Of a DNA stretch of 64,000 nucleotides, positions 51,815 to 60,092 are shown in pieces; positions within the stretch are counted from its first letter, which is position 1; every line of letters starts with the position of its first letter. Made by a program: the position numbers and the translations under genes. The notes beneath the pieces were generated by a model, which saw only the letters and a list, made by a program, of their open reading frames with translations, searched no databases and was not told the DNA's origin. The stretch is from a bacterium (lineage in GTDB: Bacteria; Patescibacteriota; Patescibacteriia; UBA9934). The stretch spans positions 20,247 through 84,246 of the forward strand of contig JAQCKO010000001.1 of assembly GCA_027592325.1 (NCBI GenBank). Direction: 5' to 3'.

Positions 51815-52165
51815 CTAATCCCGTTTAAACTTCACACTAAACTGCGGTACCCAGCGATTATCATATTCGTCAACAATTTCTACATTTTCATTTTCCATAA
51901 ATTTATTCATCACCAAATCAGAAAGCAACTCCTTGTCTGTTTCAATTTCTAGCTTCAAATCAGACATCTGTGCTGCCTCACCGCTATTCGCTGATTCAAC
52001 CTCGTTCTGAATACCTTTTCGTTCTTCACGAAGTGCTTTCGTTTCTTCTTGAATTTCTTTATACCGAGCGGAATGTTCTAGCTCGTCGGTCATCATTTTA
52101 CGAATGTCACGTAGCTTCTTTTTATTCGTCTCCATTCGTTTGTAAACTTCTTCAATTGAAGGCAT
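51815..52165 (-). CDS. Coiled-coil hypothetical protein
   Basis: 116-aa charged helical ORF. Confidence 0.8.
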   Translation of the reverse strand: MPSIEEVYKRMETNKKKLRDIRKMMTDELEHSARYKEIQEETKALREERKGIQNEVESANSGEAAQMSDLKLEIETDKELLSDLVMNKFMENENVEIVDEYDNRWVPQFSVKFKRD

Positions 52166-52357
52166 ATCACAGTAATGTTAGGGGTTAGCAGTGCTCCTAT
52201 GCTGACGGAAGCGATTATAGCAGATTGGATGATTGCTCGTGGCCAATAACAAGTAGCGAGTGGCTCAAGCAAGTCCTCCAACCTACACCTCTAACTTTAT
52301 ACCTGTCGTCCTGCAACCTTTACAATTCCCTATTTTCCTGCTATATTTTGCCGTAAT

Positions 52358-53356
52358 ATGGCGCAACTTCGAAACAAACTATCAAAGGAAGATTGCCTTA
52401 AAAAACTCGCTGCGGAAGATTTTCGTCGCGTGTCTATTTCGTTTTATCGGTATGTGCGCATAGAAGACCCCCAATCCTTCCGAGACATCCTTTGGACCGA
52501 ATGGAATGATCTTGGAATTTTTGGACGTATTTATGTTTCAAAGGAAGGGATCAATGCCCAATTTTCTGTTCCAGAACACAATGTTGAGCGACTTCGAGCC
52601 GCGGTAGATGCACGTCCCGAGCTAAACGCCGTTCCGTTCAAAATTGGTGTAGAAGAAAATGGTGTGAGTTTTTGGAAACTCACTATTAAGGTGCGTGAGC
52701 ATATTCTTGCGCATGGAATTGATGATCTCGACATGACCACGGCGGAAGTCGGCGAACATCTTCCAGCAGAATCGTACAATGCCTTCATTGAAAATGGAGC
52801 CACCGTAGTTGATATGCGCAATAAGTATGAGAGTGACATTGGGCATTTTGAAGGAGCAGTACGGCCAAAGGCGCAAACATTCCGTGAAGAACTTCCAGAG
52901 GTTTTGGATGCGCTTAAAGGAAAAGAAGAAGAACCCGTTCTTTTGTACTGCACTGGGGGCATTCGCTGCGAGCCAACGAGCGCGTATTTGAAGCAACATG
53001 GATTCAAAGAAGTATATCAGCTAAATGGCGGGATTATTCAATATTCACACGAGGTGAAAGAAAAAGGCCTCGATTCCAAATATATTGGAAAGAATTTCGT
53101 TTTTGATGGTCGGCGTGACGAAACAATTACCGGCGATGTTCTCGGTACTTGCGCGATTTGTCATGCACCGAGCGATGAGTATATTGACTGCGCCAATATT
53201 GCCTGTCATGTGATGTTTATTGAATGCGGAGCTTGTCAAGAAACGCTTGAACAATGCTGTAGCGACGAATGCAAACGTGTGAACAACCTTCCTGCAGCAG
53301 AACAAAAAGCCCTCCGCCGAGGAAAAAAGGCGAAGTTTGTTTATAGTAGAACGTAG
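52358..53356 (+). CDS. trhO: tRNA U34 hydroxylase (rhodanese-like, YceA/TrhO)
   Basis: GRIYV..EGINAQ, DMRN.YE..IGHF, YCTGGIRCE, L.GGI..Y, FVFD.R. Confidence 0.92.
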   Translation: MAQLRNKLSKEDCLKKLAAEDFRRVSISFYRYVRIEDPQSFRDILWTEWNDLGIFGRIYVSKEGINAQFSVPEHNVERLRAAVDARPELNAVPFKIGVEENGVSFWKLTIKVREHILAHGIDDLDMTTAEVGEHLPAESYNAFIENGATVVDMRNKYESDIGHFEGAVRPKAQTFREELPEVLDALKGKEEEPVLLYCTGGIRCEPTSAYLKQHGFKEVYQLNGGIIQYSHEVKEKGLDSKYIGKNFVFDGRRDETITGDVLGTCAICHAPSDEYIDCANIACHVMFIECGACQETLEQCCSDECKRVNNLPAAEQKALRRGKKAKFVYSRT

Positions 53357-53358
53357 AA

Positions 53359-53385
53359 GGATTCCTGCCTTCGCAGGAATGACGA
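53359..53385. repeat. REP-like palindrome after the trhO stop
   Basis: GGATTCCTGCCTTCGCAGGAATGACGA. Confidence 0.85.
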
Positions 53386-53411
53386 ACAGAGCGTTTTAGC
53401 CTTTATAACCT

Positions 53412-54026
53412 CTACTTCCTCCTCGCCACCAACACCCCATGATCCATATCTAAAATCTCGATGCCTTCATACTTCCCTGATGCCCGTACATAGGCATCAA
53501 ATTTCGCGACTTTGTCTGGGTAGTCGAGCATATTATCGGCAACAATAATCGATCCAGACCGAAGCAGCGGCTCGGCCAATTTCAAATAGACATGATACTG
53601 ACTTTTATTCGCATCTAGGAAGAGAAGATCGATAGGGCGGGCGATTCCTACAAGTGCTGATTCGATTTCCGCTTCAATAAGTTCTACATTCGCTGCTTCT
53701 ACCGCTTCAAAATACTCTCTTGCCTCCTTTGCCTTATACGGTTCCTTTTCAATGGTGAGAATATTTCCCCCATAACTCTCTGCCGCTTTCGCCATCCATA
53801 ATGTGGAATACCCGACAGAAGTTCCCAGCTCCACAATATGAGCGGGTTGCTGTGTTCTGATCAGTTGCGAGATCCACTCTGCGGTTTTACGTCCAATCAT
53901 CCAAAAACCAACATTATGGTCCACACCCCACTTTTTTTTATACTCGTCAGAAATTCCCGTTTCACGGAATGCTGCATCGAGTCGCTCTAAACGCGAAGTG
54001 ATTTCTTGAAAACGTTGTTCATTCAT
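53412..54026 (-). CDS. O-methyltransferase (TrmR/YrrM-like)
   Basis: ELGTSVGYSTLW, DLLFLDANK, IVADN. Confidence 0.9.
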   Translation of the reverse strand: MNEQRFQEITSRLERLDAAFRETGISDEYKKKWGVDHNVGFWMIGRKTAEWISQLIRTQQPAHIVELGTSVGYSTLWMAKAAESYGGNILTIEKEPYKAKEAREYFEAVEAANVELIEAEIESALVGIARPIDLLFLDANKSQYHVYLKLAEPLLRSGSIIVADNMLDYPDKVAKFDAYVRASGKYEGIEILDMDHGVLVARRK

Positions 54027-54078
54027 GCAAAAAAGACTACCATACTTGACAAAAATTCACAGATAGTACAATGTTGTA

Positions 54079-54252
54079 TCTAGTACTTTAGGATCAGCAA
54101 TGATCCAATCTCGTTGCCATGGCGTGTGGGTGGGCACGCTATGCGCATGTACGGCGCAGACAATTCGGTTGGGGAGCTGATTTGTTCGCGGCATGCGGGG
54201 CGTCACCTGATTCGTTTAGCTGAACGATGATGGTGGCGCCCGCCTTTTTTTT
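54079..54252 (+). ncRNA. Putative structured small RNA, unit 1
   Basis: TTGACA at 54046 with TACAAT (15-bp spacer) or CAATGT (17-bp spacer); hairpins GGATCA-GCAA-TGATCC, CATGGCGTG/CACGCTATG; terminator GGGCGTCACC/GGTGGCGCCC+T tract; no plausible ORF. Confidence 0.6.
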
Positions 54253-54288
54253 CTTGACCATTTAAACGAATCACGCTAGGCTCACAGT

Positions 54289-54383
54289 AAGTACACTCAC
54301 GCCTTCTGAAATGGTTCCCGTAGGTTTTTCGTCTTCTCCATCGTGCCTTCGCAAAGAGCCATTTCAGAAGGCGTCTTTTTTTT
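54289..54383 (+). ncRNA. Putative hairpin small RNA, unit 2
   Basis: TTGACC-17-TAGGCT; stem ACGCCTTCTGAAATGG/CCATTTCAGAAGGCGT plus T tract. Confidence 0.55.
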
Positions 54384-54570
54384 CAACAGTTTTTTTAAAC
54401 CTCGGACGGCCATTCACTTTCTCAAGAAACATCGTTTTTGGCCTCGCCCAGAAGCGACCATCTTGGCCTCGGTAGATGACCAGCATCTCCCTCGTTTCTG
54501 TTTGCTCGGCCTCAAAAAGGACTTCGTAAATTCCACCTTTATAGTGCTTGTACGTGCCAGGTTCGATCAT
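54364..54570 (-). CDS. DUF1653 domain protein
   Basis: PGTYKHYKGG.YEV...A...ET.E.LVIY, WARP..MF.E, RPRF. Confidence 0.88.
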   Translation of the reverse strand: MIEPGTYKHYKGGIYEVLFEAEQTETREMLVIYRGQDGRFWARPKTMFLEKVNGRPRFKKTVEKKDAF

Positions 54571-54617
54571 ACTTGACAAGTATAGCCGAGACAACTAACG
54601 TATTGCCACTTCGTTTC

Positions 54618-54687
54618 AGAGCCGAAGCTGAGTGGTCAGCGCCGACATGGCAGTCGGAGGTCGCAGGTTCGAATCCTGCCGGCTCTA
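54618..54687 (+). tRNA. tRNA-like RNA / pseudo-tRNA with 6-nt anticodon loop (ATGGCA)
   Basis: AGAGCCG/CGGCTCT acceptor, GCTG/CAGC D arm, CCGAC/GTCGG anticodon stem, AGGTC, GCAGG-TTCGAAT-CCTGC. Confidence 0.7.
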
Positions 54688-54689
54688 TT

Positions 54690-54761
54690 GCATCTGTAGC
54701 TCAACTTGCTAGAGCAGCGAACATGGTTCGAAGGTCAACGGTTCAAACCCGGTCAGATGCA
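54690..54761 (+). tRNA. tRNA-like RNA / pseudo-tRNA with 3-5 nt anticodon loop
   Basis: GCATCTG/CAGATGC, TAGCTC..GAGC, CGAAC-ATG-GTTCG, AGGTC, AACGG-TTCAAAC-CCGGT. Confidence 0.65.
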
Positions 54762-54787
54762 TTCTTCCGCGCATGCGCGTTTTCTTC

Positions 54788-54825
54788 GTCCGTCATTTCG
54801 AAAGATTTGGCGGGCGTTTTCCTTT
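54788..54825 (+). terminator. Terminator of the tRNA-like unit
   Basis: CGTCCGTCA/TGGCGGGCG followed by TTTTCCTTT. Confidence 0.65.
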
Positions 54826-54856
54826 ACAAAATCTGCAAATTTTGGCAAACTTTTCA

Positions 54857-54971
54857 TTGCCGGCAGGCTAGGGAGAAGAACATCTGAAGCGCACTCCTCC
54901 CTCCACGTGACGGACCACGGCACCGGCCCTTACGACTCACCTCTCCCTGAGGTGGGTCGTCTTCTTTTTTT
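54857..54971 (+). ncRNA. Putative structured small RNA, unit 4
   Basis: TTTACA-17-(TGn)CAAACT; GCCGG/CCGGC, AGGGAG/CTCCCT, CGTG/CACG; terminator ACGACTCACCTC/GAGGTGGGTCGT+T tract. Confidence 0.55.
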
Positions 54972-55207
54972 AAGTGTCGCTTTGCCCGACTTCTTGCCAC
55001 ATGTAATCGCTCAGTGAATCCGCCCTGCATGTCAACATCTGGCCCAAGCGATTGACCTTCGCTCTCAGCTCGGTGGCACAAGAATGTTTTGCATACAAAA
55101 AACACTCCGTTCTTGGAGTGCTTTTTCGTATTCCCTGACCCGTCCCACTTCGTGCTTCTATACGCTCAGGATTTCGAGGGACACCGTTTTCTCATTCCCC
55201 ATGCCGG

Positions 55208-57997
55208 CTAGGATTTTCCGTGGCAATGTTTGTACTTTTTAGGCGTTCCATCTGATTTTGTCGCTCCACATGGACAAGAGTCATTACGGCCGACTTTTTC
55301 GCTCTCGGTTGTATTTGCCGCTCCTTGTGCAATAGTCCTTTGAAGCGCGCGGCGGAAGGTTGTTCCCTTCCCTGCCTCTGACTTCTTTGCTCCCTGAAGA
55401 ACGACTTTTGATGTTTCGATGATACTCGGAGCGAGCTGTATGACTTCACGCGCGGCCATGACCTGGTCAAGAATTTTAAAACTATTGTAAACCACTTCAC
55501 GCGCGATGCTTTGCTGCAGGCCTTCATACAACTGAAAGGCTTCTTTTTTGTATTCAATAAGCGGGTCGCGCTGACCGTATCCACGCAGCCCAATTGATCG
55601 CCGCAAATAGCGCATCGAATCAAGATGCCGCACCCAAGTATTATCGATCGCACGCAAAATGAGCGTGCACATCATATTCTGCAGACGTTCATCATTGTTG
55701 AACGTCTCTTTGGCCGCTTCCGCACGCTTACGCGCTTCAGCCATGAAAGCCTCTATGACTTCGGTGCGCTGACGAGCTAGCTCTTCTTGATCCTTCGAAA
55801 ACTCACCAAGCGATGTACGAATCTTTGACTTCACCTCTTCTGGCAAGGTCATAATGGTCCCAAGTACCTCGAGGATTTCCTTTGGATCGTAATCCGGCGC
55901 ATCTCCGCCGCGGAAGACAGATGGGACATCAACTTGCTGACCGGTATGAAAGAGAACCACACGCTCAATTTCTTCTTCTGTCATGCGCAAAATCTCGCTC
56001 GTTGGATTGATGGTTCCTTCCAAAACACCATTTCGCTTTGTATAAATCCCCTCACGATGCTTATTCAGTACATCATCATATTCAAGCACATGCTTACGCG
56101 AATCAAAGTTCCGCCCCTCAACACGCATTTGCGCCTTTTCAAGCGAGTTTGTGATGATTTTACTCTCAATCGGGACGTCAGCCGGCATATTAAGTGCCGA
56201 AAGCATGCCCTTTGCGCGATCTGAACCGAAAATACGCATGAGCTTATCGTCCATGGAAACATAAAATTGCGTACTCCCCGGGTCTCCCTGACGACCAGAA
56301 CGTCCACGTAACTGATTATCTATCCGTCGCGATTCATGCCGCTCGGTTCCAATCACATGCAATCCACCAAGTGCCTTTACTTCTTCTTCACGCTCTTTTT
56401 CTTTCGGCTGACCACCAAGCACAATATCAACGCCACGACCGGCCATATTGGTCGCGACCGTCACCGCGGCTTTGCGTCCTGCTTGGGCAACAATTTCTGC
56501 CTCACGTTCGTGATTTTTTGCATTTAAGACTTCATGCTTCACTCCCGCCTTTTTAAGTGCGGCTGAAACAACATCATTATCTTCAATCGAAACCGTACCA
56601 ATTAGCACCGGCTGACCAAGCTCCTGCTTTTCTTTTACATCCTTAATGATAGCTGAAAGTTTCCCTTCCAAACTTTGATACATTTTATCTGACGCATCGA
56701 TGCGGGCAATTGGTTGATTCGTTGGGATCTCAACGACATCGAGCTCGTAAATCTTTGAAAATTCCTCCGCTTCCGTTGCCGCCGTACCTGTCATCCCAGA
56801 GAGTTTTTCATATATGCGGAAATAGTTCTGAAACGTGATCGTCGCAAGTGTTCGGCTTTCACGGCGAATTTCGACCCCCTCTTTTGCCTCAATTGCCTGG
56901 TGAAGTCCATCACCAAAACGACGTCCTTCCATAATACGACCCGTAAATTCATCAACGATTTTCACCTCACCGTCTTGCACTACATATTCACGATCCTTTT
57001 CATAAACGGCATGCGCCCGAAGTGCCTGCTCGGCATGATGCACATATTCAAGTCCCTTGTCGGTGTAGAGATTCTCCACACCAAGCCGCTTTTCAAGCAG
57101 GGCAATTCCAGCGTCCGTAAATGTTGCCGCGCGCATTTTTTCGTCAACATTATAATGTACTTCAAGCTTGAGATCGGTGATAAGACTAGCAAATCGGGTA
57201 TATAAATCTGCCGATTCCTCTGCTGGCGCTGAAATAATCAGCGGCGTTCGAGCTTCATCGATAAGAATTGAGTCGATTTCATCAATCAAGGCATAGTGCA
57301 GCTCACGTTGAACGCGGGCCTCAATACGTGTGGCCATATTGTCACGAAGGTAATCAAAGCCGAATTGATTATTCGTCCCATAGGTAATGTCTGCCGCATA
57401 GGCTTCTTTGCGTTCTGCTGGCCGCAAAAAATCCATTTGTATGCGAAACGAACCTATGTTGTCACGCGCTTGATCGTCTTCGCTATCCGCCTTAAAACTC
57501 TCATCATACAAATAGCCGCCTTCATGCTGAATCACCCCAAGAGTCAGCCCTAGAAAACCAAAAATCTGCCCCATCCAAACGGCATCACGCTTTGCAAGGT
57601 AGTCATTAACCGTTACCACATGCACGCCTTTCCCGGTAAGAGCATTCAAATAAATAGGGAGTGTTGAGGTAAGCGTTTTCCCTTCTCCCGTACGCATTTC
57701 CGCAATCCCAGCCTGGTGCAGGACGATTCCTCCCATGAGCTGTACATCATAATGACGCTGCGAAAGCGTACGCTTCGCCGCTTCACGCACAACAGCAAAG
57801 GCTTCTGACATCAAACTATCCGTCGTCTCACCTTTTTCAATGCGTGCTTTAAATTCATGAGTCTTTGCGCGTAAATCGCTATCGCTAAGCGTTTCGATTG
57901 TCCCTTCAAGCTTGCCAATCTCCTCTGCCTGCCCGCTCAAGCCATCAAGAATTTTCTTATTCTGGTCGCCAAAAATCGCCTTTAGAAGTCGGTTCAT
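55208..57997 (-). CDS. secA: Protein translocase ATPase SecA
   Basis: MRTGEGKT, DEIDSILIDEARTPL, TNMAGRG, GRNDSCPCG...KYKHCHG. Confidence 0.98.
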   Translation of the reverse strand: MNRLLKAIFGDQNKKILDGLSGQAEEIGKLEGTIETLSDSDLRAKTHEFKARIEKGETTDSLMSEAFAVVREAAKRTLSQRHYDVQLMGGIVLHQAGIAEMRTGEGKTLTSTLPIYLNALTGKGVHVVTVNDYLAKRDAVWMGQIFGFLGLTLGVIQHEGGYLYDESFKADSEDDQARDNIGSFRIQMDFLRPAERKEAYAADITYGTNNQFGFDYLRDNMATRIEARVQRELHYALIDEIDSILIDEARTPLIISAPAEESADLYTRFASLITDLKLEVHYNVDEKMRAATFTDAGIALLEKRLGVENLYTDKGLEYVHHAEQALRAHAVYEKDREYVVQDGEVKIVDEFTGRIMEGRRFGDGLHQAIEAKEGVEIRRESRTLATITFQNYFRIYEKLSGMTGTAATEAEEFSKIYELDVVEIPTNQPIARIDASDKMYQSLEGKLSAIIKDVKEKQELGQPVLIGTVSIEDNDVVSAALKKAGVKHEVLNAKNHEREAEIVAQAGRKAAVTVATNMAGRGVDIVLGGQPKEKEREEEVKALGGLHVIGTERHESRRIDNQLRGRSGRQGDPGSTQFYVSMDDKLMRIFGSDRAKGMLSALNMPADVPIESKIITNSLEKAQMRVEGRNFDSRKHVLEYDDVLNKHREGIYTKRNGVLEGTINPTSEILRMTEEEIERVVLFHTGQQVDVPSVFRGGDAPDYDPKEILEVLGTIMTLPEEVKSKIRTSLGEFSKDQEELARQRTEVIEAFMAEARKRAEAAKETFNNDERLQNMMCTLILRAIDNTWVRHLDSMRYLRRSIGLRGYGQRDPLIEYKKEAFQLYEGLQQSIAREVVYNSFKILDQVMAAREVIQLAPSIIETSKVVLQGAKKSEAGKGTTFRRALQRTIAQGAANTTESEKVGRNDSCPCGATKSDGTPKKYKHCHGKS

Positions 57998-58168
57998 ATT
58001 GGGCCATGCTAGTTGATTTTCGCTTGAAAGTAAAGGAAGTGAATAGCGAGTAGAAAGTAGGAGTGGAAAGTAGGTTTGAGCGTATCTCGAGCCAACAGCT
58101 TACAGCTACGTTATAACTTGCATCCATCAAATTTTTGTGATACCTTATTCGTCACTGAAGGAGGAACC

Positions 58169-58342
58169 ATGCCCGAAGATCCGAAGATGATTGGCCAGCA
58201 ACCATCACCGCCACCAACAGAACCCCCCACACCGGTCCGCTCATCGAGTGGACTGGAGTTGAGAACGGTGATGGTTCCAATGCCCCAACGCCCCCCCATG
58301 CTCGCCCTAGCCGAAGACGTTGTCGGCTGGCAGCGCAAGTGA
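58169..58342 (+). CDS. Small Pro-rich orphan protein
   Basis: TTGCAT-17-TACCTT promoter, AAGGAGG SD. Confidence 0.6.
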   Translation: MPEDPKMIGQQPSPPPTEPPTPVRSSSGLELRTVMVPMPQRPPMLALAEDVVGWQRK

Positions 58343-58485
58343 TCACCCAACCACCCGCGCCGGTCAGAAGCGTGGAGCCCCCGCAGGACGGACCGTATTC
58401 GCTCCACAATTGGTTCGCACTCTTCAAGCCAAAAAAGCCCAAAACCTACACTCCCCCTCACCCCGCCGGCGACAAGAAGCGCTAG
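58339..58485 (+). CDS. Second small Pro-rich ORF (GTGA-coupled) or frameshifted continuation
   Basis: VITQPPAPVRSVEPPQDGPYSLHNWFALFKPKKPKTYTPPHPAGDKKR*; terminator overlaps the stop. Confidence 0.45.
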   Translation: MITQPPAPVRSVEPPQDGPYSLHNWFALFKPKKPKTYTPPHPAGDKKR

Positions 58486-58505
58486 CGGGGTTTCTCTTTC
58501 GGTCG

Positions 58506-58557
58506 AAAAAATGGTAACTCGGTTACCGAAATTTCGGTAACCGAGTTACCATTTTTT
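58506..58557. repeat. Perfect 52-bp palindrome
   Basis: AAAAAATGGTAACTCGGTTACCGAAA|TTTCGGTAACCGAGTTACCATTTTTT. Confidence 0.9.
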
Positions 58558-58581
58558 TTGCGCACATGCTAATCTACACCC

Positions 58582-59856
58582 ATGTTCGAAGCGCAAAACG
58601 TACACATTATCGGTATTGGAGGGATTGGAACATCAGCTGTTGCCAGATGGTTTTTGGAGCAGAATAAAGCGGTTTCTGGGTCTGATGCGAAAGCGAGCGA
58701 CTTAACCCATGCGCTCTCCAAAGAAGGCGCTCAGGTAAAGCTTGGACACTTCGCCGACAATATTCCTTCTGTGTGTGACTTCATCGTTTACTCAAGTGCC
58801 GTTCCGAAGACAAACGTTGAACGCCAGGCGGCAGACGAACGTGGTATTCCCTCGCTTTCATACCCAGAATTTCTCGGACAGCTCGCCAAAACAAAACGCA
58901 CGATTGCTGTAAGTGGAACAAATGGAAAATCGACCACAACGGCAATGATTGCGAAGATTTTTCTTGATGCCGGGTTCGATCCTACCGTCATTATTGGAAC
59001 AAAATCTCCCGATCTCCCACACGAGAACCTGCGCATTGGAAAAAGCGATTGGTTCATTGTTGAAGCATGTGAGCATATGGCGCATATGCTCAATATTGCG
59101 CCCGAGATTGCCGTTGTCACGAATGTGGAAGAAGATCACCTCGATTTTTACCGCGACATTGACCATATACGCGATAGCTTTCAGGAATGGATTGACGGTG
59201 CGAAGTATATTGTGTTGAATGCGAAAGATACTGAATCGCAAAAATTGAAAACCACCGGTGCCTCTTACTTTGGTCTTGGTGCCGATATTCAACTATCCGT
59301 ACCTGGAGCATTCAATCAAGCAAACGCGGCAGCGGCGATTGAGGTCGCGAAACTTGCGGGGATTGATGAAGCAAACGCACGAGCAAGCCTGAAGGCCTTT
59401 CAAGGAACCTGGCGGCGTTTCGAGATGGTTGGCGCACGGAATGGAACCGACATCTACTCAGACTATGCCCATCATCCGACCGCGGTTCAGGGGGCGATTC
59501 AAGGCTTTAAAACGAGTTTCCCTGATCGTCGGCTGATCATCTGTTTCGAACCACATCAATTCTCTCGTACCGAAGAGCTATTCGATGAATTCGCCGCAAG
59601 TTTCGGCAACGCGGACGTTTTGATTCTCTCTGAAATTTATGAAGTGGAAGGCCGAAATGAATCACATGGCATTACATCAAAAGATTTAATCGAAGCGATC
59701 AAAAAACAAAGCCCAAATTTGGACACACATTATGCAGCAAATTTACATGAAGCAGAAACGCTTGTGCGGCGCATCATCGAAAACGGTGATATTTTCGTCG
59801 CGATGGGCGCAGGTGACATTGATCAAATTGCGCGGAATTTAGTTGATGGTAAATAG
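58582..59856 (+). CDS. murC: UDP-N-acetylmuramate--L-alanine ligase
   Basis: IGIGGIG.S, GTNGKSTTT, VEACE, DHLDFY, DYAHHPT, MGAGDI. Confidence 0.96.
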   Translation: MFEAQNVHIIGIGGIGTSAVARWFLEQNKAVSGSDAKASDLTHALSKEGAQVKLGHFADNIPSVCDFIVYSSAVPKTNVERQAADERGIPSLSYPEFLGQLAKTKRTIAVSGTNGKSTTTAMIAKIFLDAGFDPTVIIGTKSPDLPHENLRIGKSDWFIVEACEHMAHMLNIAPEIAVVTNVEEDHLDFYRDIDHIRDSFQEWIDGAKYIVLNAKDTESQKLKTTGASYFGLGADIQLSVPGAFNQANAAAAIEVAKLAGIDEANARASLKAFQGTWRRFEMVGARNGTDIYSDYAHHPTAVQGAIQGFKTSFPDRRLIICFEPHQFSRTEELFDEFAASFGNADVLILSEIYEVEGRNESHGITSKDLIEAIKKQSPNLDTHYAANLHEAETLVRRIIENGDIFVAMGAGDIDQIARNLVDGK

Positions 59857-60092
59857 GCTCCGTCGTGTCTTGTGTCTCTCACCACCATCATTACAATCTG
59901 CAGGCAGCAATGCGAACAAACATGGTTCATGCTTCGTAAGAAAACGATTTGTGAATTCTCGAGCGTAGCGAGAGATCAACTCGCGTAGATCCCTCGCCTC
60001 ACGACGTTCGCTCCCGGCTGAGCCGAGCAGGCTGGAATTCACCATCCATGACCTGTAAGCTGAAACGTTTCTCCTTACCTCTAACCACTACC

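Noticed and set aside
54618-54761. Canonical tRNA-Ala(GGC) and tRNA-Met/His/Pro
   Set aside because: Anticodon loops are not 7 nt and identity elements are missing
54343-55105. ORF-track ORFs 54343-54576, 54573-54887, 54706-55017 and 54854-55105
   Set aside because: They overlap DUF1653, the tRNA-like RNAs and terminators; no protein-like motifs
59839-60045. 68-aa antisense ORF between murC and murB
   Set aside because: No motif or convincing start signals; may be a decayed fragment but is unsupported
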